Source: Myxococcales bacterium
GTDB lineage: Bacteria; Myxococcota_A; Polyangia; Nannocystales; Nannocystaceae
NCBI GenBank assembly: GCA_020633315.1
Contig: JACKDV010000004.1
Span: 448,071 to 512,070 of the forward strand
DNA length: 64,000 nt
Direction: 5' to 3'
Below the pieces are notes generated by a model that made no database searches, was not told where the DNA came from, and worked only from the letters and a program-made list of their open reading frames with translations. How positions within the stretch are numbered: the stretch's first letter is position 1; every line of letters begins with the position of its first letter. Both the position numbers and the translations under genes were made by a program. Of the stretch, positions 49,337 through 61,032 are shown in pieces.

Positions 49337-49428
49337 ATCCGAAGGCGCGAGTCCTCGACTGCCGGTGGTGAGGCGCTCACGCGAGCGTCGACGAAGCCCG
49401 GGCGGGCGGGGCCAGGGCGAGCGGCGTC

Positions 49429-50862
49429 TCACCCCCTCGTCGCGCCGCCGCGGCCGAGCGCGCCCAGGTCGATGCGATCGAGCACCTCCTTGGTCACCGG
49501 TCGCTTGGCGTCGCGGAACACCAGCGCCCGCAGCAGCGCCCGCACGGGCTCCGAGCGCAGCCCGGCCAGCGCGACGCGAGCCCGGGCCTCGTCATCGAAG
49601 CCGATGGAGTAGCAGGTGTCGTCGAGCAGCGTGGGTCGGCCCTGCGCATCGGGACCCACCAGGGTGAAGGCCGGCTGCTTGGCGAGGCCCGAGATCGCGA
49701 CCTTCCACGGCGCAAAGGAGTACTCGCCCAGGCCGAACACGCAAAAGCGCGGTCGATCACGATAGATGGTGCTGCGCCGGGCGTCGAGGGCCTCCGCGTG
49801 CCCACACAGGTAGCGCCAGGCCCGAGGCGCACGCTCGGCCAGCCGCGAGGTGTCCTCGCCCAGGCGGCGCTGCGGCAGCAGCAGCCACCGCCGCACGCGG
49901 GGCAGGTCGTGGCCGCGCAGGTCCGAGGTCTTGAGCAGCGGGAAGATCACCGCGTCCTCCACCTCCACCCGCTCGCCCAGGCCGTTGACGAGGCCCTCGC
50001 CGTCGCGCCGCAGCTCCATCACGCGGGCGCAGTCGTGCTTGATCCCCGAGCGCCACGGCGGGTCGGCCACGCCGAGCACGGGGCGCGCCCGATCGTAGGC
50101 CGCGGCGTCGGCCACCAGCGTGCCGCCCCGGACGGCGATCTCGCCCTCGGCCCGCTCCGCGTCGAGCTCGGCGTGCACCGAGCAGGCGATCGCGGCGGCC
50201 CGCCGCGTGCCGAAGCAGAACAGGCCGGCGTCCACCGCCGCCCCGAAGCTGGCGCGCGCGTCGATGCGGTGCAGCGAGGCGTCGTGCAGCGCGAGCTCCC
50301 GGCGATGGGCATGCTCGAGCACCCGCCGCGCCACCGCGGTCTTGACCAGCATCGCCACCGCGAGCTCGCGCCCCTGCCCCAGCTCGAGCCAGCGCCGCAG
50401 CATCCAGGTGGAGACGTCGAAGTTGGACTTGCCGGTGAGCGCGGCCAGGCCGGGCAGCCCATCGTCGTTGGTGCGGGCCGGCCGATTGTCGATGCCCAGC
50501 ACGGTGAGCGCCGCGTTGGTCACCCACGGCGGATTGCCCAGCACCAGCACCGGGGGCTCCCAGCCGGCGAGGCGCTCGGCCCAGGGCTCGGTGAAGGCAT
50601 CGCCCACGCGCACCTCGGCGGCGGAGCCCGCTCGTCGCAGCCGCTCGCGAGCGGTCGTCGCCCGGCCGGCGTCGATCTCCAGGCCGAAGCCGCGCGCCCG
50701 CGGGAAGGCCTCGGCCGCCGCGAGCAAGAAGGCTCCCTCGCCGCAGGTGGGCTCGACCACGGTGGCCGGGGCGTGCCCCCGCCGGGCCAGCCATGCGCAC
50801 ACGCGTCGGGCCAGCGCGAGCGGGGTCTGGAAGTCGCCGTAGGCGGCCTTGGCCGTGCTCAC
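49429..50862 (-). CDS. Gamma-class N6-adenine DNA methyltransferase (M.TaqI/Eco57I-like), apparently orphan
   Basis: Motif X YGDFQTPLALARRV, motif I VVEPTCGEGAFLLAA, motif IV LGNPPWV. The GTG start is preceded by GGGAGG 7 nt upstream. Upstream of it in the 873-aa track ORF is junk. Confidence 0.8.
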   Translation of the reverse strand: MSTAKAAYGDFQTPLALARRVCAWLARRGHAPATVVEPTCGEGAFLLAAAEAFPRARGFGLEIDAGRATTARERLRRAGSAAEVRVGDAFTEPWAERLAGWEPPVLVLGNPPWVTNAALTVLGIDNRPARTNDDGLPGLAALTGKSNFDVSTWMLRRWLELGQGRELAVAMLVKTAVARRVLEHAHRRELALHDASLHRIDARASFGAAVDAGLFCFGTRRAAAIACSVHAELDAERAEGEIAVRGGTLVADAAAYDRARPVLGVADPPWRSGIKHDCARVMELRRDGEGLVNGLGERVEVEDAVIFPLLKTSDLRGHDLPRVRRWLLLPQRRLGEDTSRLAERAPRAWRYLCGHAEALDARRSTIYRDRPRFCVFGLGEYSFAPWKVAISGLAKQPAFTLVGPDAQGRPTLLDDTCYSIGFDDEARARVALAGLRSEPVRALLRALVFRDAKRPVTKEVLDRIDLGALGRGGATRG

Positions 50863-51557
50863 GGCGAGGCCTCCCGACCGGCGAGGGTGATCTCGCCCTC
50901 GGCGTCGATCCACAGCTCGAAGGCGAGGGGCTGCTCCCCCCTGCGCCCTCGCTCGCGGCGAAGGTGGTGCACCCCGTGGAGGCGCGCCCGGTACTCGCCC
51001 TCCCCGATCTGCTCGTCGCTCACGCAGAGGTCGGCGCCGAGCTGCCAGTAGCTGCGCACCACGCCCGCGCGCAGCAGCAGCTCGAGCACGCCGCGATCGC
51101 CCAGGGCCTCGCGGGCGTGCGCGGTGACCCGGCCGATCGACTCCACCGCGCCCGGCGCGACCACGGTGGCATCCACCGCCCGCAGCGGCGCAAAGGCAGC
51201 GCCGTCGAGCACCACCACGTCGAGCGCCTTGCTGTACCAGGCGATCGGGCGGCCCTCGATGCCCAGCCCCGCGGTCGCGCTCACCGGTCGCTGCTCGGCC
51301 GGATCGATCTCGGCGGCGGGGAAGCGCGGCTGGAGGTCGCTCCCGCCCCCGCCGAGCTCGCGCAGCTCGGTCGAGGGCGAGTCCTCGTGATCGAGGGTGT
51401 AGGTGGCCCGGCACTCCCCCTCGCCGAAGCGGTGGGGATCGCCCAGCCCGCGGGCACAGCCGAGCGCGAGCAGGGCCAGCGCCACCAGCCAGGCTCCGGC
51501 CCCCTGGGACCGGAACCGGCTCAGCAGTTGGCGTTCTCCTCGCAGGTCGCGACCAAC
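50859..51557 (-). CDS. Hypothetical lipoprotein (start approximate)
   Basis: ...AGAWLVALALLALGCARG lipobox. The stop overlaps the MTase GTG (GTGA). Start codon choice is unclear (GTG/CTG region 51527-51593). Confidence 0.5.
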   Translation of the reverse strand, partial: VGRDLRGERQLLSRFRSQGAGAWLVALALLALGCARGLGDPHRFGEGECRATYTLDHEDSPSTELRELGGGGSDLQPRFPAAEIDPAEQRPVSATAGLGIEGRPIAWYSKALDVVVLDGAAFAPLRAVDATVVAPGAVESIGRVTAHAREALGDRGVLELLLRAGVVRSYWQLGADLCVSDEQIGEGEYRARLHGVHHLRRERGRRGEQPLAFELWIDAEGEITLAGREASP

Positions 51558-52201
51558 GAAGCGTTGTCGACTTGGTCGAAGATGCAGTCCCATGAGTCGC
51601 AGGAGGCGAACGAGACCGCACCGTAGACCCTCGTGGCCTCGTAGAAGCACAGGTCGAGGGAGTCGTCGTTCGTCCGCCACATCGTACCGTCGGCCGCCAC
51701 GTGATAGCGCGAGCTGGTGAAGATCGAGATGTTCCGGGTCTCGTGCCCGAAGCCGAAGGCCACGCCGTCCGCGTCGGCCTCGAGGATGCAGGCCACCACG
51801 GCCTCGTTGGCCGAGGCCAGCTCGGCGCACTGCTCGGCCAGACCGTCGTCCGTGCTCTCCTCGCCACCGCCGGAGCTCCCGCCGTCGGAGCCACCGCCGC
51901 CCGTGCCGTCGGAGCCACCGCCCGTGCCCCCACCGCCGCCCGTGTCCCCGCCCACGTCCGTGCCGCCCTCGTCCGTGGCGCCGTCGCTACCGGCCTCACC
52001 CCCTCCCACGCTCTCGCACTGCAGGTCGTGGTTCTCCACGTAGGTTCCACAGTCCCGCTCGGAGGCCGAAGGATCGATCGCGGAGCACTCGGGGGCCGAG
52101 CCCGCGTCCTCGTTGCCCTCCTTGGTCGAGCCGCATGCGAGCAGCAGCCCCAGCGACAGAACGATCATCGAGCGAGCGCTCGTGCTCATGGTCATGGTCA
52201 T
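51521..52201 (-). CDS. Hypothetical lipoprotein with Gly/Asp/Thr-rich linker and Cys-containing C-terminal domain
   Basis: MTMTMSTSARSMIVLSLGLLLACGS lipobox. The C-terminal domain has ~8 Cys (DCGTYVENHDLQCE...CDSWDCIFDQVDNASLVATCEENANC). Confidence 0.65.
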   Translation of the reverse strand: MTMTMSTSARSMIVLSLGLLLACGSTKEGNEDAGSAPECSAIDPSASERDCGTYVENHDLQCESVGGGEAGSDGATDEGGTDVGGDTGGGGGTGGGSDGTGGGGSDGGSSGGGEESTDDGLAEQCAELASANEAVVACILEADADGVAFGFGHETRNISIFTSSRYHVAADGTMWRTNDDSLDLCFYEATRVYGAVSFASCDSWDCIFDQVDNASLVATCEENANC

Positions 52202-52377
52202 GGGTACGTCAATCCAGTCTGGGGCGGAGCCCCGCAAGTCTTGGGCGAACGCTGACACGACGACCCGAGGCCGTCGAGCCATGCACCCCCTACCAGACGC
52301 GACCGCGGGCCAATCGATCGCTCGGGACCCGACGATTCCTCGGCGCACGGGCAGCGCAGCTTGCGCTTCGCTCGGCT

Positions 52378-53838
<1,461 letters not shown>

Positions 53839-53936
53839 ACGGTCGCCCCGTCGCGGTCGTCGCGCGGGGCTCGATTCGCCAGAGCGCGGGCCGTTGCCGT
53901 ATCCTCCGCTGCGACCGCTCCCGCTGCCGCCGCCCC

Positions 53937-56399
53937 ATGGATCACCGCAAGACCTACGCCGGCGTCTTCCTCGTGGCGCTCTCGACCCTGGTGCTCGAGA
54001 TCCTGCTCACCCGGATCACCTCGGTCGTCGCCTGGTACCACCTGGCGTTCTTCGTGATCTCGCTGGCCATGCTGGGCATGACGGCAGGCGCGGTGATCGT
54101 GTTCGTGCGCCCCGAGTCGTTCCGCGACGATCTCGTGCCCCGCCGCGCCACCGAGGCCTGCCTGGCCCTGGCCGCCACCGCGCCCGTGGCCATCGCGGCC
54201 GCGCTGGCCATCCCCCTGCGCCCCATCACCTCCACCGAGGGCTTCGTGGCCATGCTCGGCTACGGCGGGGCGCTGGCCGTGCCCTTCACCCTCAGCGGGA
54301 TCGTGCTCACCCTGGTGCTCACGCGGGCCGGGCTGCCGCCGGGGCGGGTGTACGGCGTGGATCTGGTGGGCGCGGCGGCGGGCTGCGGCGTGGTCATCCC
54401 CCTGCTCGACTGGCTCGATGCTCCCAGCGCGGTGCTGGTGGCCTCGGCCCTGGCCGCCCTGGCCGCCCTGGCCTTCGCCCTCGCCCGCGACGACGCCCGC
54501 GCGCGCCCCCACGCCCGCTTCGCCGGCTTCCTGAGCCTGGTGCTGGTGGTGCTCGGCCTGCTCAACGCCACCGCCGACTCGCCGTGGCTGCGACCGCAGC
54601 AGGTCAAGGGCGAGGCCGAGGATCCCTCCGACTTCCTCTACAACGGCTGGAACACCTACTCGCGGGTCACCGTGGACGACACCCTCGTGATGCCGCCCGC
54701 GCTGTGGGCCGGCGGGCGGCTCACCCCGCTGGAGGTGCTGCGCCCCCTGCCGCAGCGCGCGATCAAGATCGACGGAGCCGCCGGCACGGTGATGGTCGAC
54801 TTCGATCGCGACCCCGACGACGGTCAGCCGGCCTCGCTCGCCGCCCACGACTACCTCGAGTGGGACGTGACCTCCTTCGCCCACCGCCTGCGCCCCACGG
54901 GCCCGGCCGCGGTGATCGGCGTGGGCGGAGGCCGCGACGTGCTGGAGGCGGCGCGGGTGGGGCACCAGCCGGTGGTGGGCCTCGAGCTCAACGCGCTCAT
55001 CGTGGGCCTGCACCAGGGCTCGATGCGAGAGTTCAGCGGCATCGCCGACCTGCCCGGCGTGCGCCTGGTCAACGACGAGGCGCGCTCGTTCATGGCCCGC
55101 GACCGCCAGCGCTACGAGGTCATCACCATGTCGCTCATCGACACCTGGGCCTCGACCGGCGCCGGTGCCTATGCGCTCTCGGAGAACGGCCTGTACACGG
55201 TGGAGGGCTGGCAGATCTTCCTGCGCCGCCTCACCCCCACCGGCATCTTCACCGTCTCGCGCTGGTACAAGCCCGACTCGCCCGGCGAGACCGCCCGCAT
55301 GCTGGCCCTCGCCATGGAGACCCTGTGGTCGCTGGGGGTGGAGGAGCCGCGCCGACACATCATGATGCTGCAGAGCATGAGCATCGCCACCATCCTCGTC
55401 ACGCCCACGCCCTTCACGAGCGCCGACGTGATGACGATGCAGAAGGAGGCGGTCGCGCGCGGCTTCAACATGCTGCTGGCCCCCGGGCGCCTGCCCATCA
55501 ACCCCATGCTGCGCGAGCTGGCCCAGGTCCCCGACCGCGCCGGCATGTGGGCCTGGGCCACCAGCCAGTCCCTCGACCTCACCCCGCCCACCGACGCGCG
55601 GCCGTTCTTCTTCAACATGATCAAGCCGGCGACCTGGCTGTCGGAGCCCGAGCAGGTCGACGAGCTCGACTACGCCTTCCTCGGCAACCTCCACGCCACC
55701 CGCACCCTGGTGTGGGCCATCGCCATCAGCGCGATGCTCACCGCGGTGGCCGTGCTGCTGCCCCTGTGGTCGCGACGCCGCGATCTCAACGCCTACGCCG
55801 GCGCCGACGTGATCGCCTCGAGCTCCTACTTCGCGCTCATCGGCCTGGGCTTCATGTTCGTGGAGATCGGCCTGCTGTCGCGCCTCAACGTGTTCCTGGG
55901 CCACCCCACCCTGGCCCTGGCCGTGCTGCTGGGGGGGATCATCTTCTTCACCGGCGTGGGCAGCATGGCGAGCGGGCGGATCCCGCTCCGGCGGCCGTGG
56001 GTCGCCCGGCTGTACCCGCTGCTGCCCGCGGCGCTGGTGCTGGTGGTGGCCGCCCTGCTCGACCCGGTGATGGGGGGCCTGGTGGCCGCGGGCACGGCCG
56101 TGCGCGTGACGGTGGGCCTGGGGCTGGTGGCCCTGCCCGCCCTGGGCCTGGGCCTGTGCTTCCCCCTCGGCCTGCGTCTGGTGGAGGGGCTCGCGGGCTC
56201 CGAGGCGCCCTCGATGGGCCCGTGGATGTGGGGGATCAACGGCGCATGCGGGGTGGTGGCCAGCGGCCTGGCCCTCACCTCGTCGATGGCGTGGGGCATC
56301 GGCACCACCCTGCTCATCGGGGCGGGCTGCTATGCGCTGCTGCCCTTGTGCACGAGCCGGCTGCAGCGCTCGCAGGCGCGGTCGGGCGCGCCTGCGTGA
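53937..56399 (+). CDS. Polytopic membrane protein fused to spermidine-synthase-like domain (paralog of 43473..45761)
   Basis: Internal ATG (MDHRKTYAGVFLVALSTLVLEIL...) and N-terminal TM bundle. The PABS-like core has VIGVGGGRDV and EVITMSLIDTW, followed by a C-terminal TM bundle. Confidence 0.8.
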   Translation: MDHRKTYAGVFLVALSTLVLEILLTRITSVVAWYHLAFFVISLAMLGMTAGAVIVFVRPESFRDDLVPRRATEACLALAATAPVAIAAALAIPLRPITSTEGFVAMLGYGGALAVPFTLSGIVLTLVLTRAGLPPGRVYGVDLVGAAAGCGVVIPLLDWLDAPSAVLVASALAALAALAFALARDDARARPHARFAGFLSLVLVVLGLLNATADSPWLRPQQVKGEAEDPSDFLYNGWNTYSRVTVDDTLVMPPALWAGGRLTPLEVLRPLPQRAIKIDGAAGTVMVDFDRDPDDGQPASLAAHDYLEWDVTSFAHRLRPTGPAAVIGVGGGRDVLEAARVGHQPVVGLELNALIVGLHQGSMREFSGIADLPGVRLVNDEARSFMARDRQRYEVITMSLIDTWASTGAGAYALSENGLYTVEGWQIFLRRLTPTGIFTVSRWYKPDSPGETARMLALAMETLWSLGVEEPRRHIMMLQSMSIATILVTPTPFTSADVMTMQKEAVARGFNMLLAPGRLPINPMLRELAQVPDRAGMWAWATSQSLDLTPPTDARPFFFNMIKPATWLSEPEQVDELDYAFLGNLHATRTLVWAIAISAMLTAVAVLLPLWSRRRDLNAYAGADVIASSSYFALIGLGFMFVEIGLLSRLNVFLGHPTLALAVLLGGIIFFTGVGSMASGRIPLRRPWVARLYPLLPAALVLVVAALLDPVMGGLVAAGTAVRVTVGLGLVALPALGLGLCFPLGLRLVEGLAGSEAPSMGPWMWGINGACGVVASGLALTSSMAWGIGTTLLIGAGCYALLPLCTSRLQRSQARSGAPA

Positions 56400-56570
56400 T
56401 GGCGTAGGCGCGTGGTCGGCCCGGGTGGACCCGAGGGCGCGCTGTGGCTCCGCACCGAGCTGCGCTACTGAACGATCGTCCCGTCGGCTCGCTCACGCAC
56501 CGGCGCCCCGGGCCGAAGGGCCGGGTCGATCGATCGGTGCGTCGCGACGCCTCCCGCGGTATGAAGGGTC

Positions 56571-57389
56571 GTGGCACTGCTTCGTACGGACTGGAAGGAC
56601 GAGATCAAGGCTCCCACCAAGGCGATCGCCAGCGGGACCAAGGGGGAGTGGGCACGCAAGGTACAGGAGTGGCTCAACCTGCACCGCTACCACACGCCGC
56701 GCTTCAAGGTGGGAATCTCGGTCGACGGCGACTACGGGGCCGCCACCGAGTCGGCGGTGAAGAAGTTCCAGAAGGTCACCAAGCTGCCGATCACCGGCAT
56801 CGTCGACGCGGAGACCTGGAAGGTGCTGGTCGCTCCGATGGTGCGGGCCTTCGACGACGTCGACCTTCCCTCCGATGCCTCGTTCCGCAAGACGGTCCTG
56901 CACGTGGCCGCCCGCTTCGAGAAGGAGCACCCCACCGAGCTGCGCGGCAACCGGGGCCCGTGGGTGCGCGCCTTCATGAAGGGCAACGACGGCGACGACT
57001 GGGCGTGGTGCGACGGCTTCGTCTCCACCGTGCTCGACCACACCTGCAACCACCTCGGGCGTCGCCTCGACTCGGTGATCCCGTGGAGCATGTCGTGCAC
57101 CAAGACCCGCCGCTACGCCGAGTCGGGCGACTACGCCTGCGCCTGGATCGATCCCGAGGACGTGGAGGCCAACCCCGGCCAGGTGGTGCCCGGCGATCTG
57201 ATGCTGGTGGTCAAGCCCGGCAGCAGCAACGCCCGCCACATCGGCATCGTGACCGAGGTGAGCGGCAAGGTGCTGCACACCATCGAGGGCAACACCAACG
57301 ACGAGGGCTCGCGCGAGGGCTACGAGGTCTGCGAGCTGCGCCGCAACACCGCCTCGGGCAAGTACGGCGCGGTGCACTTCACGCTGTGA
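56571..57389 (+). CDS. Peptidoglycan-binding (PG_binding_1) + CHAP-like cysteine peptidase/amidase, no signal peptide
   Basis: ARKVQEWLNL...DGDYGAATESAVKKFQ (PG-binding), then WAWCDGFVS (Cys) and ARHIGIVTE...HTIEGNTN (His). GTG start. Local GC is visibly lower than in flanking genes. Confidence 0.75.
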   Translation: MALLRTDWKDEIKAPTKAIASGTKGEWARKVQEWLNLHRYHTPRFKVGISVDGDYGAATESAVKKFQKVTKLPITGIVDAETWKVLVAPMVRAFDDVDLPSDASFRKTVLHVAARFEKEHPTELRGNRGPWVRAFMKGNDGDDWAWCDGFVSTVLDHTCNHLGRRLDSVIPWSMSCTKTRRYAESGDYACAWIDPEDVEANPGQVVPGDLMLVVKPGSSNARHIGIVTEVSGKVLHTIEGNTNDEGSREGYEVCELRRNTASGKYGAVHFTL

Positions 57390-57440
57390 GCCGCCGGCCC
57401 GCGCCCGGGCACGCCGACCGCCGCCCGCCCGGCGATGGGC

Positions 57441-59894
57441 TCACGGCAGGCTGAGCGCTCGCGTGAGCCGCTCGGCCTCGAAGTTCCAGGTGAGCTCCAC
57501 GGCCCAGGCCACCTCCACCACGCAGTCCGTCATCGCCCGGCTGGCGCGGCCGGTGGCCTGGACGTCGACGATCTCCTGCGAGGTGGTCTCCACCGCGAGC
57601 TCGAGGCCCCAGCCCTCGGCGGGGTGGTGCGCGGCCACGCAGGCCTCCACGCCGGGGGCCATCAGCTCGGCCAGGGTCCAGCGCTTGCGCGGGCCTCCGC
57701 CCCCGCCGCCCTTGCCGATGAGCCCCACGCCGCCCAGGCCGATGGTGCCCTCGCCCGAGCCCCCTCCCCCCGCGCCGCGCCCCTCGATCCCGATGGTGGA
57801 GGGGCGCACCCCGGGCTCGACGGCGAGGTAGGAGGTGACCGGGGAGACCGCGCGCCCCCGCATGGCGATCTTCATCATCTGCTCGGGGCTCAGGTCGTGG
57901 TGCTCGTCCTCGGAGAACACGAAGGCCGCGGTCGCGTCGCCGAAGCCCCGGCTCGATCGCACCACCCGACGGAAGTCCCGGCCCCAGATCTTGCCGTGGA
58001 GCAGCAGGCGGCCGGGGGCACGGGCGGACTCGATCATGAAGCCGTAGCTGGTGCCCTCCGCGAAGACCTCGGGCGGCTCGGGGGCGAGGGTGAGGTCGAC
58101 CCCGTCGATGGAGAAATCGTCGATCGCGATGGGTCGCACCAGCGCCAGCGCGCCGGGCTCGAGCGCCTTGTCCTCGTGGAGGCTCCGCAGGCCGAAGAGC
58201 ACGCCGCCGCTGGCCGCGGGGATGGGAGCGAGCGGGTGGCCGTCGTCGCGCTCGAGCAGCTCGGCGGCCCGGGAATCGCCGGGCACCACGAGGTGGGCCA
58301 CGGTGTCGCGCGGGGCGAGCTCCAGGCCGCGCAGGCCGTCGTCGAGGGCGAAGCGCGAGCGCAGGCGGGCGTCGGTGAGCAGCACGATGCGCTTGGGCCC
58401 CGCGCGGCCCCGCAGCGCGCGGCCGGCCACCCGCAGGCCCTCCTCGAGCGCGCTGCCGTTGCCGAGCTCGAGGCGCCCGGCCGTCTCGGCCCGCTCGAGC
58501 TCCGCCCACAGCTTCTCGGCGGGCAGGAAGTCGCCGGCGATGCGCTCGGCCTTGCGTCGGAACAGCACCACCTCGGCCTCGGCATCGGGCACGTGGGCCA
58601 TGTAGGCGCGAGCGAGCCGGAGCTGGGCGAGCACGTCGTCGGCCACCGAGCGCGAGGCATCCACCACGAACACCACCGAGGCCTTGCGCGGCAGCGCCTG
58701 CAGCTCGGGCGCCACCTCGAGCTCCAGCCGCAGGAAGTGGGAGTCGGCGTCCACCTCCACCCGCCCGTAGCGCGCCGCGAGCTCGTCGATCGGCCCCGGC
58801 GCGATCTCGATGAGGGCCAGCCCCTCGTCGCGATCGCCCTCGGGCGCGTCGGGGATGAACACCGGCAGGTCGGTCGCCGCCCGCTCGTGGAAGCCCGGCG
58901 CGGCGGGGTCCTCCCCCGCCGCGAGCTTGAGGCTCCAGGCGTCGATGGTGCCCACGTCGAGGCCGGCGTGATCGGAGACCAGCAGGTGCCAGGTGCCGCG
59001 GGCCTCGGTGTCCTCGGGCAGCTCCACGTCGAGGTCCTCGCTCACGTCGTTGTCGCTGCCCTCGAAGTCGGCGAGCGCGATGTGGGTCCCGGCCGGGGTG
59101 ACGAGGGTGGCCCGCAGATCGCCGCGGTAGGTGTGATCGAGGTCGAGCGAGACCCGGGCCGAGCGCACGGAGCCGTCCTGATCGATCTCGACCCGGCTCC
59201 ACGCGTAGCCCACCCTGGGGTCGGGCTCGCCCTCGCCGATCCACGGCGGCCGCACGGGAGGCCCGAGCACCACCGGGGTGTCGGGAGCGACGGGGGCACC
59301 GTCGATGCGCACCATGGTGGTGGCGTCGCCGTGCCCGGGATCGACCCGCAGCACCGGGGTGGCGAGGGCGAGGGCATCGTTGCCCGTCGCGATCGCCCGC
59401 GGATACGAGAGCACGTAGCGCCCCTCGCGGTAGTGCAGCGGAGCGGTGAGCGTGTACTCCACCGTGCTGGTGCCCGCGGGCAGCACGGGGAACACCTGCA
59501 GGTGCATGCGATCGGCCCACACCCACTGCAGCAGCGCGGGGTCCTTGGGCTGCCAGGCTCCCATCGAGGTCAGCTCGTGGTAGCACTGGGCGGCCTCGTC
59601 CGCCTCCATGAGGTCGGCGTCGTACCAGCGGTCGCGCGCCCGGATCCGCAGCCCGGTGACCGCCGCCCCCATGGGCAGGTCGATGTCGAGCTGGGCTTCG
59701 TCGGCGCGCCCCCCCGGGTTGGCGAAGGTACGTCGCACCACGTAGATCGCGGTGCCGTCCTCGATGCGCAGGTCGACGGAGTGCGAGACCTCGGCCAGCG
59801 GCTGCGAGAGGGTAGCGTTCAGCTCGTCGCCCATCGCCGTGCGGGGAGCGGCGATCACGGCGAGCGCGACGAGCGAGACGCCCCATCGGCTCAT
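57441..59894 (-). CDS. Secreted VIT-domain + proprotein-convertase-type P-domain + vWA-domain protein
   Basis: Internal ATG with signal peptide MSRWGVSLVALAVIAAPRTAMG. P-domain signature GDLRATLVTPAGTHIALADF...GTWHLLVSDHAGLDVGTIDAWSLKL. vWA MIDAS VVFVVDASRSV. Gly-rich C-terminal segment. Confidence 0.8.
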   Translation of the reverse strand: MSRWGVSLVALAVIAAPRTAMGDELNATLSQPLAEVSHSVDLRIEDGTAIYVVRRTFANPGGRADEAQLDIDLPMGAAVTGLRIRARDRWYDADLMEADEAAQCYHELTSMGAWQPKDPALLQWVWADRMHLQVFPVLPAGTSTVEYTLTAPLHYREGRYVLSYPRAIATGNDALALATPVLRVDPGHGDATTMVRIDGAPVAPDTPVVLGPPVRPPWIGEGEPDPRVGYAWSRVEIDQDGSVRSARVSLDLDHTYRGDLRATLVTPAGTHIALADFEGSDNDVSEDLDVELPEDTEARGTWHLLVSDHAGLDVGTIDAWSLKLAAGEDPAAPGFHERAATDLPVFIPDAPEGDRDEGLALIEIAPGPIDELAARYGRVEVDADSHFLRLELEVAPELQALPRKASVVFVVDASRSVADDVLAQLRLARAYMAHVPDAEAEVVLFRRKAERIAGDFLPAEKLWAELERAETAGRLELGNGSALEEGLRVAGRALRGRAGPKRIVLLTDARLRSRFALDDGLRGLELAPRDTVAHLVVPGDSRAAELLERDDGHPLAPIPAASGGVLFGLRSLHEDKALEPGALALVRPIAIDDFSIDGVDLTLAPEPPEVFAEGTSYGFMIESARAPGRLLLHGKIWGRDFRRVVRSSRGFGDATAAFVFSEDEHHDLSPEQMMKIAMRGRAVSPVTSYLAVEPGVRPSTIGIEGRGAGGGGSGEGTIGLGGVGLIGKGGGGGGPRKRWTLAELMAPGVEACVAAHHPAEGWGLELAVETTSQEIVDVQATGRASRAMTDCVVEVAWAVELTWNFEAERLTRALSLP

Positions 59895-59943
59895 GGAGGG
59901 CTTGGACAGCGCGCCCGAGCAAAGGTTCCGCCGCGGGGGCGGA

Positions 59944-60900
<957 letters not shown>

Positions 60901-61032
60901 CGGGACGCGAGATCGTAGCCGAAGCCGGGAGCCTCGTACGAACCGCCCAAGCTACCGGAATTCATGGGGGATCACACGGCACGATGCGGGACGCTGATCA
61001 TCCGGCTCGGGTGAGCACGACGGCTCGCGGCC

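Noticed and set aside
49429-50862. A complete restriction-modification system
   Set aside because: No endonuclease-like ORF, specificity subunit or helicase was found within +/-3 kb, so the MTase is treated as an orphan.
49429-52050. 873-aa ORF treated as one protein
   Set aside because: Only the C-terminal 477 aa (from the GTG with GGGAGG RBS) look like an MTase. The N-terminal 400 aa are Arg/Ala/Thr junk overlapping the lipoprotein genes in another frame.
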